Of a stretch of DNA of 64,000 bases, positions 39,899-48,897 are shown piece by piece; the first letter of the stretch is position 1; every line of letters begins with the position of its first letter. Below the pieces are notes generated by a model that ran no database searches, had not been told where the DNA came from, and saw only the letters and a program-made list of their open reading frames with translations. Source of the DNA: an uncultured candidatus Brocadiaceae bacterium (lineage in GTDB: Bacteria; Planctomycetota; Brocadiia; SM23-32); contig CAZNGS010000005.1 in the NCBI GenBank assembly GCA_964572825.1, forward strand, positions 479 through 64,478, read 5' to 3'. Both the position numbers and the translations under genes were made by a program.

Positions 39899-40252
39899 AT
39901 GAAGCTCGGGCTAAAACTCACCTTCAGCTTCCTGTTCATCGCGTTGCTGTCTCTTTTGGGCGGTTACCTGTCCAGCCAGACGGTGCAGGAGCAGATGCGC
40001 GAGTATGCCAGGAATTCCACGGGGACAGCGGCCGTGGATGTGCTGGACGCCGTTCACAGGGAGTTCAGAGAGCAGGTGTACGGGTGGAAGGAGTGGCTGC
40101 GGGCCTCGCGCCTGCCCGAGCTGCTGGCGCGCGAGCCGGGAGCGAAGTCCTTCGTCACCAAGCCGATCGGGGTGAAGGATTTTATGCGGGCCGTGCGGGT
40201 CCTTCAGGAATACTGGCTGGAAGTTGTCGCGTTGCCTCTGAGGAAGAACTGA
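39899..40252 (+). CDS. small membrane-anchored protein with receiver-like C-terminal remnant
   Basis: GGGAGGT RBS. N-terminal TM helix LTFSFLFIALLSLLGGYL. The C-terminal 45 aa (REPGAKSFVTKPIGVKDFMRAVRVLQEYW) resemble the alpha4-beta5-alpha5 end of CheY-like receivers, but the acidic pocket is missing. Codon usage is genome-typical. The stop lies 4 nt before the next gene. Confidence 0.5.
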   Translation: MKLGLKLTFSFLFIALLSLLGGYLSSQTVQEQMREYARNSTGTAAVDVLDAVHREFREQVYGWKEWLRASRLPELLAREPGAKSFVTKPIGVKDFMRAVRVLQEYWLEVVALPLRKN

Positions 40253-40255
40253 ACC

Positions 40256-41191
40256 GTGGCGAAAAAGCGACTGACAATCCTGGTTGTTGACGATGACGCA
40301 GACGACGTGGAGCTTCTGCGGCGTTGGGTCGAGGGCGTGGAGAGCTGGAATGCCGACCTGCTTCAGGCGGACAATTGGGAACAGGCGCAGCAACGCCTGG
40401 AATCGCGTCAGATCGACGTGGTGTTTCTCGATTACCAGTTGGGTGCCCGCACCGGACTCGAGGTGTTGGCCGATTACGCGGAGGCCGGCTATTCCGCCCC
40501 GGTCCTGATGCTGACCGGCCAGGGAGACGAGCAGGTCGCCGTCAAGGCCTTGAAAAGCGGCGTCGCCGATTACCTCGTCAAAGGGCAGCTCTCCCGGGAC
40601 AGCCTTGTCGCGTCCGTTGAGGGGGCCATGGAGGAAGCCAACCGGCAGAGAGAGGAGCAGCGGCACCAGCGCGAACTGGAGCGGATGGCCGTCACCGATG
40701 CGCTGACCGGGCTCTACAACCGCCGCGCCTTCGAGGAACGTCTGAGGGAGGAAGTTCAGCGCACAAAGCGTTACCTGCACGCGATCAGTCTCCTGATGCT
40801 GGACCTGGACCACTTCAAGCGGGTCAACGATACCTACGGTCACGTGGTGGGTGACGAGGTGCTGCTGGAGATTGCGCGGATCGTCCGGGGCAACATCCGC
40901 AGCGTGGACATCCCCTGCCGCTACGGCGGGGAGGAACTGTGCGTTATAGTGCCCGGCACCAGTCTTGCCGGTGCGGAGACCCTCGCCGAAAGGCTGCGCC
41001 GGCTGATGGCGGAGCACGAGTTTCACGGCCCCCACGGGGACACATTCCACGTGACGTGCAGCGTGGGCGTCAGCGTTTTCAACGGCGGAGCCGACGTCAG
41101 CGCTGACGATTTGATAACCGCTGCGGACGAGGCCCTCTACCGCGCGAAGGAGCAGGGACGCAATCGGGTGGTCGTTCGGAAGCTGGCGTGA
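40256..41191 (+). CDS. response regulator receiver + GGDEF diguanylate cyclase domain (GGEEL variant, RxxD I-site present)
   Basis: REC motifs ILVVDDDADD, VVFLDYQL and LVKG. The GGDEF domain has RYGGEELCV at the active site and RSVD five residues upstream (I-site). Confidence 0.85.
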   Translation: MAKKRLTILVVDDDADDVELLRRWVEGVESWNADLLQADNWEQAQQRLESRQIDVVFLDYQLGARTGLEVLADYAEAGYSAPVLMLTGQGDEQVAVKALKSGVADYLVKGQLSRDSLVASVEGAMEEANRQREEQRHQRELERMAVTDALTGLYNRRAFEERLREEVQRTKRYLHAISLLMLDLDHFKRVNDTYGHVVGDEVLLEIARIVRGNIRSVDIPCRYGGEELCVIVPGTSLAGAETLAERLRRLMAEHEFHGPHGDTFHVTCSVGVSVFNGGADVSADDLITAADEALYRAKEQGRNRVVVRKLA

Positions 41192-41327
41192 GTCCGCGCA
41201 GCCTCCGGCGGGCCGACGCGGCGCTGTCCCGGCGGGAATGTTGCGAGTGGTGTTCACGGCGATATAATGCGCCTGCTGCGTCCCGGCCGAGGTTGCCGGC
41301 TGAGTCAGGGGGGAGAACTGCTGCACC

Positions 41328-42653
41328 ATGAAAAAACTGCTCGCCAGACTGGGCTGGGTGGTCGTGATCGCCGCACTGATCGTCGCGGCGTACGTTTACG
41401 ACAGGACCCGGAGCCTCCTCGTGGAGATGGGAACGGTCTCCCGCGGTCGCATCGAGGAGTACGTGACCGAGGAGGCCCGCACGCAGCTCGAAACCGAACG
41501 GGTCATTGCTGCGGAGCGCGCCGGCACGGTGGAACGGATCGGGCTGGTGGAGGGCGACATTGTCTCGGCCGGCCAGACCGTCACCTCCGTGGAAGCGACG
41601 GAGCTGGAGCTCTCCCTGGGTATCCTGCAGGATGAGCTGGCGGAGATTCAGGCGCGCCTCAGCGGCGCCGATGTCCCCCTGCCTAAACCGGCGGAGGTCG
41701 AGACGGCAGACAAGAGGCGGGAGCAGGCCGCACTGAAGCTGGCTCGCACCACGCAGCAGGTGAACGCAGCGCGGGCGGAGCTGGAGTTCGCACAGCGGCA
41801 GTTCACCCGAATTGAGGGACTGAAAGAGTCCGGTTCGGCCAGCGATGAGCAGTTCGACGCGGCGCGGAGACGGCTGGAGGTGGCGCGCGCAGAGTTGAAG
41901 GCTGCCGAGCACGACCTGGAGGCGGCCCGCGTGGCCGTGCAGATCGCCGAACTGGGCAGAAAGGTGCTGGATCAGTCCATGCAGGATACCGCTCACCTGC
42001 ATCAGCTCTACCAGGCTCAGCAGGAGCGCGTCAGCAAGATGCTCCAGCTCACCGTGCAGGAATCGCATATTGAGAGCCCCATCGACGGCGTGGTGCTGGA
42101 GAAGATGAGCGACAGCCAGCAGTACGTACAGCCCGGCACGCCGCTGCTGAGGGTGGGGGATATGGGTTCCATCGAGGTCCGCGCGGACATCCTGTCCGAC
42201 GAGGTGGGCCGCGTGCGGGTGGGGCAGAAAGTGCTGCTGGTGGGCCGCGCCCTGCCGGAGCCGCCTCCCGTGGGCAGGGTCAAGAGGATATTCCCGTCCG
42301 GATTCACCAAGATATCCTCCCTCGGCGTCCGGGAGCAGCGCGTCTCCGTCCTGGTCGAGTTCCACAACTCGAACCTCGGCCTGAAGCCGGGGTACGAGCT
42401 GGATGTGAAGATCGTGGTCGCGTCCGAAGAAGACGCCGTTCTGGTGCCCGGCGAGGCGGTATTCGCCACGGAAGAAGGGATGGGGGTCTTCGTGGTGGAG
42501 GGTGGGAAAGCCCGCCTGCGGGAGGTGGAAACCGGGTTGACCGGGGAGGACTACTACCAGGTCAGGGCGGGCCTCCAGCCGGGTGAGGTGGTCGTGCTGC
42601 GGCCGCCGACCGAGCTGGAGGACGGACGCCGCGTGAAGAAAGCCATCGACTGA
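41328..42653 (+). CDS. HlyD-family periplasmic adaptor (membrane fusion protein)
   Basis: N-terminal TM anchor, long coiled-coil (AELEFAQRQF...AELKAAEHDLEAARV), and lipoyl/beta-barrel motifs (ESPIDGVV, EVRADIL). Confidence 0.8.
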   Translation: MKKLLARLGWVVVIAALIVAAYVYDRTRSLLVEMGTVSRGRIEEYVTEEARTQLETERVIAAERAGTVERIGLVEGDIVSAGQTVTSVEATELELSLGILQDELAEIQARLSGADVPLPKPAEVETADKRREQAALKLARTTQQVNAARAELEFAQRQFTRIEGLKESGSASDEQFDAARRRLEVARAELKAAEHDLEAARVAVQIAELGRKVLDQSMQDTAHLHQLYQAQQERVSKMLQLTVQESHIESPIDGVVLEKMSDSQQYVQPGTPLLRVGDMGSIEVRADILSDEVGRVRVGQKVLLVGRALPEPPPVGRVKRIFPSGFTKISSLGVREQRVSVLVEFHNSNLGLKPGYELDVKIVVASEEDAVLVPGEAVFATEEGMGVFVVEGGKARLREVETGLTGEDYYQVRAGLQPGEVVVLRPPTELEDGRRVKKAID

Positions 42654-42714
42654 CGGCGGCCCGAAGGACCGACTGTTTTCTGTTCACCGTGTGGGCGTAA
42701 GGAAGGACACCATC

Positions 42715-43521
42715 ATGAAGCTCGGGCTGGTGACCTACAACCTGGCGAAAGACTGGACCCTGGACAGGATCATCGAGATGTGTAGCGAGCACGGCTTCGA
42801 GGGGGGCGAACTGCGCACAACCCATGCTCACGGGGTGGAGGTGGACCTGGACGAGGACGGGCGGCGGGAGGTTCGCCGAAAGTTCGAGGACTCGCCCGTG
42901 GAGCTGGCGGGTCTGGGGAGCGCCTTCGAGTACCACTCCAATGACCCGGAGGAACTGCGCCGCAACATCGAAGGCACCAGGGAGTACTGCCGGCTGGCGG
43001 CGGACGTCGGCGCGCCGGGCGTCAAGGTCCGGCCGAATGCCCTGCTGGTGGACCAGGGCGTGCCGGAGGAGACCACGCTCCGCCAGATAGGTGAGTCGCT
43101 GGCCGAGGTGGGAGAGTTCGCCAGCGCCCTCGACGTGCAGATACGGCTGGAAGTGCATGGCCGGGATACGCAGGACCCCCGAAGGATCCGCCGGATGCTC
43201 GACCATGCGGGTCATCCCAACGTTTTCGTGTGCTGGAATTCCAACGCCTGCGAAGTTCAGGACGGCTCGATAGGTCGCAACTTCGATCTGCTGGCCGATG
43301 ACATAGCGCTGGTGCACATGCGCGATGTGTGCGCGGACGACTACCCCTGGCTGGAGCTGCTGCGGCTTCTGCGGCAGAGCGGATACAGGGGGTTCTGCCT
43401 GGCGGAGATAGCCGGCAGCGATCAGCCCGGCCGCATCATGGACTATTACCGCACGCTCTGGGAGGCGTACCACCACATCCTGGACCTGGAGGGCGTGCCT
43501 GCCACGCCGGTGCCTCAGTAA
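42715..43521 (+). CDS. sugar phosphate isomerase/epimerase (xylose isomerase-like TIM barrel)
   Basis: AGGAAGGA RBS before ATG 42715. IRLEVHG and HMRD motifs. Confidence 0.7.
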   Translation: MKLGLVTYNLAKDWTLDRIIEMCSEHGFEGGELRTTHAHGVEVDLDEDGRREVRRKFEDSPVELAGLGSAFEYHSNDPEELRRNIEGTREYCRLAADVGAPGVKVRPNALLVDQGVPEETTLRQIGESLAEVGEFASALDVQIRLEVHGRDTQDPRRIRRMLDHAGHPNVFVCWNSNACEVQDGSIGRNFDLLADDIALVHMRDVCADDYPWLELLRLLRQSGYRGFCLAEIAGSDQPGRIMDYYRTLWEAYHHILDLEGVPATPVPQ

Positions 43522-43595
43522 AGCGGTTGTTTGACCTCCCGCCGACCTGTGGCGTATGCTGATGATGAAGAAGCCCCGGTCGGGAGGACTATCGA

Positions 43596-45122
43596 ATGGC
43601 CGCCCCGGAAGCCGAAAAGCGCAAATGCCCGGGGGAGAGGTACGAGATCTCCCCGGCCATCTGCCGCACCCGACAGCGCAACCAGTATCCCAAGTGTCTG
43701 CTCTGTCCCCATCGCGACCCCGAGCTGGCCGGGTCCGTGCCGTCCGATTCAAGGGTTTCCACGTCCATTTTCCATCGCACGGCCGTGCTGGGGCGGGTCC
43801 CGGAGCAGATCAATGCCTACGTCATGCGGAAGGTGGGACTGGCCGGCGCGCAGTTCCTGCGTTCCGAGGACCCGGACGCCCGCCGGCTGGCCGTGGCGTG
43901 TGACCGACGGGACCACTCCAGGGGTTTCTGCCGGGCATTCGCCGAGGGGGTCAACCGCGGCGGCATGGACGTGTTGAACCTGGGTCCGGTGCCGCCGGAC
44001 GTGCTGGCCTTCGTGCTGGGGACGGACGGATGCGCGGGCGGTGCCTTCGTGGGCGGCGGCAACTACGCCGATAACGTCAACGGCGTCAGGCTGTGGCAGG
44101 CGGACTGCCGCCTGGTGGGCTACGGGGCCGGCCTGGAGAAGGTGAGTCTCATGGCCCGGCGCATGCGGCTGGGGCGCAGCCGCATGCCCGGAAACATGCA
44201 GTCCGTCGATCCAATGAAGGAATACGTGCCCTATGCGCGCAAGTTTGCGCCCAACCTGCGCCGCCTGAAGGTAGTGGTGCACGCGGGGAGCGGAACGGCG
44301 GGGCGGGTGCTTGAGCAGGTGGCCGAGGAGCTGCTCCTCGAACTGGTGTGCAGCGGCGTCGAAGAGGACCCTCATGCCCCGAACCTGGGAAAGCGGTTTC
44401 CCTCATCCGACATCGTGTCGCAGGTGGGCGCCGGGGTGCGGGAATCAAGGGCCGACTGCGGGGCGGCGATCGATTTCGACGGCGAAAGGATAGCCTTCCT
44501 GGACGATCGGGGGGGGCTGCTTCGGCATGACGTGGCGGCCGCCTTCGTGGCGGCCGAGATGCTGGCGCGCACGCCGGGCGGCCGCATCGCGTTCGACCTG
44601 CGGTCCAGCGCGGCACTCCGGGCGAGCATCCAGCGGGCGGGGGGGCAACCGGTCAGCGCGCCGGCCGACCGGCTGGGTTTTGTGCAGCACCTCCGCCGCA
44701 ACGACGCGCTCTACGGCGCCGACGCCACGGGGTTGCACTACTTCCGCGATTTTTTCCGGTTCGCCTCCCCGCTGGTGGCGCTGCTGACCTTCTGCTGCCA
44801 CCTGTCCCGGCAGCGCAGGCCCGTTTCCGAGATGGCCGATGAGCTGGATCGCTTCAGGCGGAGCGGGGAGATCACCATCTCCCTGCCGTCGGGCGACGCC
44901 GCGGAGGGCGTGCTGAACCGCGTGCGGGAGGAGTTCCCGAACGCCGAGAAGGAGATGATTGACGGCCTGACCGTGCGAACACAGGATTGGTGGTTCAACC
45001 TGCGGCAACCCGGCAAGGCGGCCGAACTGCGTCTGAACGTCGAGGGCCGCACCAATCAGGACGTGCGCAGAGGACGGCAGACCGTCGAGGGCCTCGTCCG
45101 TGCCGCCGTGGAGGAGGCATAG
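43596..45122 (+). CDS. alpha-D-phosphohexomutase-fold protein lacking the catalytic serine, with N-terminal 4-Cys zinc-ribbon extension
   Basis: GGGAGGA RBS. Four-domain PGM/PMM topology is recognisable (GPVPPDVLAF, AIDFDGERIAF, RQPGKAAELRLNVEG). The TASHNP phosphoserine loop reads GGGNYADNVNG, and the GTDG, DGDGDR, GEESG and RxSGTEP motifs are all degenerate. N-terminus KCPGERYEISPAICRTRQRNQYPKCLLCPH. Confidence 0.6.
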   Translation: MAAPEAEKRKCPGERYEISPAICRTRQRNQYPKCLLCPHRDPELAGSVPSDSRVSTSIFHRTAVLGRVPEQINAYVMRKVGLAGAQFLRSEDPDARRLAVACDRRDHSRGFCRAFAEGVNRGGMDVLNLGPVPPDVLAFVLGTDGCAGGAFVGGGNYADNVNGVRLWQADCRLVGYGAGLEKVSLMARRMRLGRSRMPGNMQSVDPMKEYVPYARKFAPNLRRLKVVVHAGSGTAGRVLEQVAEELLLELVCSGVEEDPHAPNLGKRFPSSDIVSQVGAGVRESRADCGAAIDFDGERIAFLDDRGGLLRHDVAAAFVAAEMLARTPGGRIAFDLRSSAALRASIQRAGGQPVSAPADRLGFVQHLRRNDALYGADATGLHYFRDFFRFASPLVALLTFCCHLSRQRRPVSEMADELDRFRRSGEITISLPSGDAAEGVLNRVREEFPNAEKEMIDGLTVRTQDWWFNLRQPGKAAELRLNVEGRTNQDVRRGRQTVEGLVRAAVEEA

Positions 45123-45182
45123 CTCCTGCCCCGGTCGTGCCCGGGACGGCTTGCCTGCTCAGAACGCGGACCTCATTTCAGA

Positions 45183-46547
45183 TTGATTGTGAATCCACAA
45201 CCCACACGCGTGTGCATAGTCACTTTCGGCTGCCAGATGAACAAGCTGGACAGCCAGCTTCTGCGCGGTGAACTCGTGCGCGCCGGCTTCAAGCTGTGCG
45301 AGGAGGCGGACGCGGCCGACGTGGTGCTCTACAACACCTGCAGCGTGCGCGAGCATGCCGAGAACCGGGTGTTCTCGCATCTCGGCACCTACCGACGCCG
45401 GGCGGCGAGTGAGCCCGACTTCGTGCTGGGGGTCCTCGGCTGCATGGCCCAACGGCTGGGCGCGGCGATCAGGGACCGGTTCCCCTTCGTGGACCTCGTC
45501 TGCGGGACGCGGGCCTTTCCCAGAGTGTCCGGCCTGCTGCGGCGGGTTATGGATGGGGAGCGCCCCCTGGTGGATGTCAGCATGGAGACTCCCGTGCGGT
45601 TCGACCGGGTGGGCTGTATGCGGGAAAGCCCACACGCCGCCTACGTCAGCATCATGCGGGGGTGCACGAATTTCTGTTCCTACTGCATCGTTCCCCACGT
45701 CCGGGGGCCGGAGGTGAGCCGCCCCCTGGAGGATGTCGTGGCGGAGGTGGCGGAGCTGGCCGACAGCGGCGTGCGCGAGATCACGCTGCTGGGTCAGAAC
45801 GTCAACAGCTACGGCCGTGACCTGGACGCGGACGTGAACCTGGCCGACCTGCTCGTGCGCCTCAACGAAGTGGACGGCCTGGCGCGCATCCGCTTCGTCA
45901 CCAGCCACCCCCGGGAGATGACCGACGAGATTCTCGACGCGGTGGGCGGGCTGGGCAGGGTCTGCGAGCACCTCCACGTGCCCGCCCAGAGCGGCTCGGA
46001 CGCCGTTCTGAAGCGCATGAACCGTGGTTATACAGCCCGGTGTTACCGGGAGCTGGTGGAGCGGGCGCGGCGGCGCGTGCCCGGGGTGGCGCTGGCCAGC
46101 GATTTTATCGTCGGCTTCCCCGGAGAGACCGACGAAGATTTCCGCCAGACCCTGCGCCTGGTGCGGGACGTGCAGTTCCAGCAGTGCTTTATGTTCAAGT
46201 ACTCTCCCCGTCCCGGAACAAAGGCCGCCAGCCGGGAGGACGACGTGCCGGACGAGGTGAAGCGGCAGCGGCACCGTCGTCTGCTGGAGGCACAGCAGCG
46301 CGTGGACGCCCAGAGGCGCTCCGCCCTGATCGGCAGGGAGGTGGAGGTGCTTGTCGAGGGGCCCAGCAAACGCGACCCGGCCAACCTGAGCGGCCGCACC
46401 CGGGGGAACGACATCGTGGTCTTCCGGGGGCCCGACGGTCTGACAGGTCAGCTTGTTCGGCTGGAAGTGACGGATTCAACTGCGCTGACGCTCTTCGGAC
46501 GGCCGGTCGATGCAGCGGAGCGTCCGGCGCCGGCTTCTTCTCGGTGA
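45183..46547 (+). CDS. miaB: tRNA-2-methylthio-N6-dimethylallyladenosine synthase (radical SAM methylthiotransferase)
   Basis: N-terminal MTTase Cys motif (FGCQMN...NTCSVRE), radical-SAM CTNFCSYC and C-terminal TRAM domain. TTG/GTG start context. Confidence 0.85.
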   Translation: MIVNPQPTRVCIVTFGCQMNKLDSQLLRGELVRAGFKLCEEADAADVVLYNTCSVREHAENRVFSHLGTYRRRAASEPDFVLGVLGCMAQRLGAAIRDRFPFVDLVCGTRAFPRVSGLLRRVMDGERPLVDVSMETPVRFDRVGCMRESPHAAYVSIMRGCTNFCSYCIVPHVRGPEVSRPLEDVVAEVAELADSGVREITLLGQNVNSYGRDLDADVNLADLLVRLNEVDGLARIRFVTSHPREMTDEILDAVGGLGRVCEHLHVPAQSGSDAVLKRMNRGYTARCYRELVERARRRVPGVALASDFIVGFPGETDEDFRQTLRLVRDVQFQQCFMFKYSPRPGTKAASREDDVPDEVKRQRHRRLLEAQQRVDAQRRSALIGREVEVLVEGPSKRDPANLSGRTRGNDIVVFRGPDGLTGQLVRLEVTDSTALTLFGRPVDAAERPAPASSR

Positions 46548-46560
46548 GTCGCGCGAGGTG

Positions 46561-46588
46561 TTGACGTGCGGCGTCCCCCGCGTTAACT
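46561..46588 (+). promoter_or_regulatory. sigma70-like promoter candidate TTGACG-N16-TTAACT
   Basis: ttgacgtgcggcgtcccccgcgttaact lies about 40 nt upstream of the LysM-protein start. Confidence 0.3.
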
Positions 46589-46628
46589 TTGTGTGGAGAA
46601 TGGTTGCCGCGGGGAAGGGAGGGTCGCC

Positions 46629-47654
46629 ATGCTGCCGACCAGGGACGGCTATTTCGAAAACGAGCAGTTCGGGGTCTTTGTCGGTCCCCAGGGTCAGATC
46701 AAGGTGCGCCCCGGTGACAGCCTCAGCATGTATTCCGCCGCCATCTACGATAATTTCCACACGATCCACCAGTTCGGGCGCATGATGGAAGGGGGAAACG
46801 TCCGAAGGCTCGGCCCCTCCGATACGATCTATGCCGGGGAGACCATCTGGCACATCCCCACCTACCTGCACGCCGCCGCCGAGCCGGCCATGAGCATATC
46901 GGCCAGGGCGAGGGCCCCCGTCGGGGGAGCCGACGCGGGGCAGCAATCGGGCCGGCCGCGAGGCCCGCTGGGCAGCGCGGGCACGGAGCAGGTCAGTTCC
47001 CGGGGGAGCAGTCAGTCCACCGGGGTCAACGTCTCGCCGCTGAGAGAGCTGAGCGACGAGGCGAAACGCCGTGCCACCGTCAACGCACTGCTCGAAATGC
47101 ATCCGGAGCTGGCCGGGAAGCGCGAGCTGATCACCCGCATCGTGGACCTGAAGGACGATCTGGACGACATCAAAACGGTCCTCGAGTATGCCGGGCTCCT
47201 CAAGAAGGGCCTTTCGGTGATGAGCATCGTGGACGTCCCCCTGCAGATCATGCAGACCCTGGACATGATCGGCAAGGCGGACATGGCGGCGGTGAAATTC
47301 CTGGGCCACAAGGCATACGCGTACGGCACGACGGCCTGGATTTTCGGAGACCCCATCCCCGCGCGCCCACCGGAGGCGGACCTGGAGAAGCTGCGCCGCT
47401 GGATCTCCCCGGAACTGCGCTCAGAGCTCGCCGTGGAGAGATGGCGCCAGATGACCGACGCCGCTGTCTACAACCTGAGTAAGCTCCACAGTGGGATGGA
47501 GACTTCCAAGGAGGCGTGTCAGATAGTCTTGCGGGCGGGGGCCGGAGATGATCCCAAATGGCTGGCCCGGCAAATCTACGAGGGCTTTGAGAAGCACCTG
47601 GACCCCCTGGAGGTGGAGGGACACCGGCGGCTGAGCTGCGACTACCCTCACTGA
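46629..47654 (+). CDS. LysM domain-containing protein of unknown function (no signal peptide evident)
   Basis: GGAGGG RBS. N-terminal LysM-like module (IKVRPGDSLSMYSAAIY...IYAGETIWHIP), then a Gly/Ser/Arg-rich linker and a roughly 200-aa helical C-terminal domain. Confidence 0.6.
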   Translation: MLPTRDGYFENEQFGVFVGPQGQIKVRPGDSLSMYSAAIYDNFHTIHQFGRMMEGGNVRRLGPSDTIYAGETIWHIPTYLHAAAEPAMSISARARAPVGGADAGQQSGRPRGPLGSAGTEQVSSRGSSQSTGVNVSPLRELSDEAKRRATVNALLEMHPELAGKRELITRIVDLKDDLDDIKTVLEYAGLLKKGLSVMSIVDVPLQIMQTLDMIGKADMAAVKFLGHKAYAYGTTAWIFGDPIPARPPEADLEKLRRWISPELRSELAVERWRQMTDAAVYNLSKLHSGMETSKEACQIVLRAGAGDDPKWLARQIYEGFEKHLDPLEVEGHRRLSCDYPH

Positions 47655-47664
47655 CAGTTGCCGC

Positions 47665-48774
47665 TCAACCTTGCGAAAGCGCGCCCGCCGGGCGCCGCCA
47701 GAAACCGGGGTTCAGGTCCATCAATTCCGCCAGGCCCAGGCCGGCCGGCCGCACACATTCATTCAGCTCTTCCGCCGTGGGGTCTCGTTCCCGCTCCAGC
47801 CGCTCCAGCGCTTCCGCGCGCGTCAGCATCCCCTCGCGGACGAGCACGGAGTAGAAGCTCTCCTTTTCGGTGAGGCCCAGCAGGCGCCGGTAAAGGAAAT
47901 CCTTCAGGGGTCCGATGCGACAGTCAAATCGCCAGGGCGAATCGGCCTCCTCGGGCTTCTGCCATCCCAGCTCCTCCCGCACGGTGGGCAGCACCGTCTG
48001 CTCGTCCCACTGCAGGTAGTAGAAGATGCAGACGAACCGGACGTTCGGGTAGAGGAACGGCACGACCGGCGAGAACACGTCCAGATTGGCGAAGGTCCGG
48101 ACGGTTTGCGTCAGCGTGTCGGGGCTGAGATAACCGGGATTGAGCGCCAGCTCCTTCAGGCCAGTCCAGAATCTCCCGGCGTACAGGCGGTAGCGGGATG
48201 CGCCGGGCGGCACGCCCTGCAGGGCCTTCTTGAACGGGAGCTGCTCGTAGGGAGTGCTGGCGGTCACCACCAGGGGGGCGCCATGCCGGCGGGCCACCTC
48301 GGCTCCGTAACGTAGGATGTTTTTGCAGCCCAGGCACATCATGGAGATCATGGCGGGCCGCGGCCTGCCGAAGAACGCCCGCACGTTGTTTCGGAAGCAG
48401 CGCAGGTGCACGTCGTACCGGTCCCCCACGACCACCAGCGGCACCTTCACCTTCTCGGTGGCGCGCCGGACGTTGACCAGCGCCTGGGGATGCGCGAACG
48501 GATTGTCGTAGTGAACCGCCAGAACGCGCAGCCCGTAATGCTCCGACAGCAACCATAGGGCGTAAGAGCTGTCTCTGCCGCCGCTTATGATCACCACGCA
48601 GTCGTATTCGCCACCCTTTCCCGCGGCATCTTCCAGGACTGCGAGCAGGGCCCCCTCCCCGCGGACGGCGAAGGGCTCGTGGTCGCGGCAGTAGCGGCAT
48701 ACGCCGTCCTCGTCCAGGTCGATGCCCGGCGTGGTGGACGGCAGAACACACCGGTTGCATCTGTTCAGGATCAT
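47665..48774 (-). CDS. PP-loop ATPase, N-acetyl sugar amidotransferase-like (WbuX/TIGR03573-like)
   Basis: N-terminal Cys cluster CNRCVLPSTTPGIDLDEDGVCRYC followed by the PP-loop SGGRDS. Confidence 0.6.
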   Translation of the reverse strand: MILNRCNRCVLPSTTPGIDLDEDGVCRYCRDHEPFAVRGEGALLAVLEDAAGKGGEYDCVVIISGGRDSSYALWLLSEHYGLRVLAVHYDNPFAHPQALVNVRRATEKVKVPLVVVGDRYDVHLRCFRNNVRAFFGRPRPAMISMMCLGCKNILRYGAEVARRHGAPLVVTASTPYEQLPFKKALQGVPPGASRYRLYAGRFWTGLKELALNPGYLSPDTLTQTVRTFANLDVFSPVVPFLYPNVRFVCIFYYLQWDEQTVLPTVREELGWQKPEEADSPWRFDCRIGPLKDFLYRRLLGLTEKESFYSVLVREGMLTRAEALERLERERDPTAEELNECVRPAGLGLAELMDLNPGFWRRPAGALSQG

Positions 48775-48897
48775 TGCTCCATCGTTCCTCCGTCTTCGCC
48801 CGGAGAAAGCACTTCATACCCGACCTGCAGGAGATCATAGGGTGCGGCCCGGCGCCGGTCAAATGCTGCGCAGATGGGCCTTCGGTGGACCCAGCCC

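Noticed and set aside
42562-43752. 396-aa minus-strand ORF
   Set aside because: It is antisense to the well-supported sugar-phosphate isomerase and PGM-like genes.
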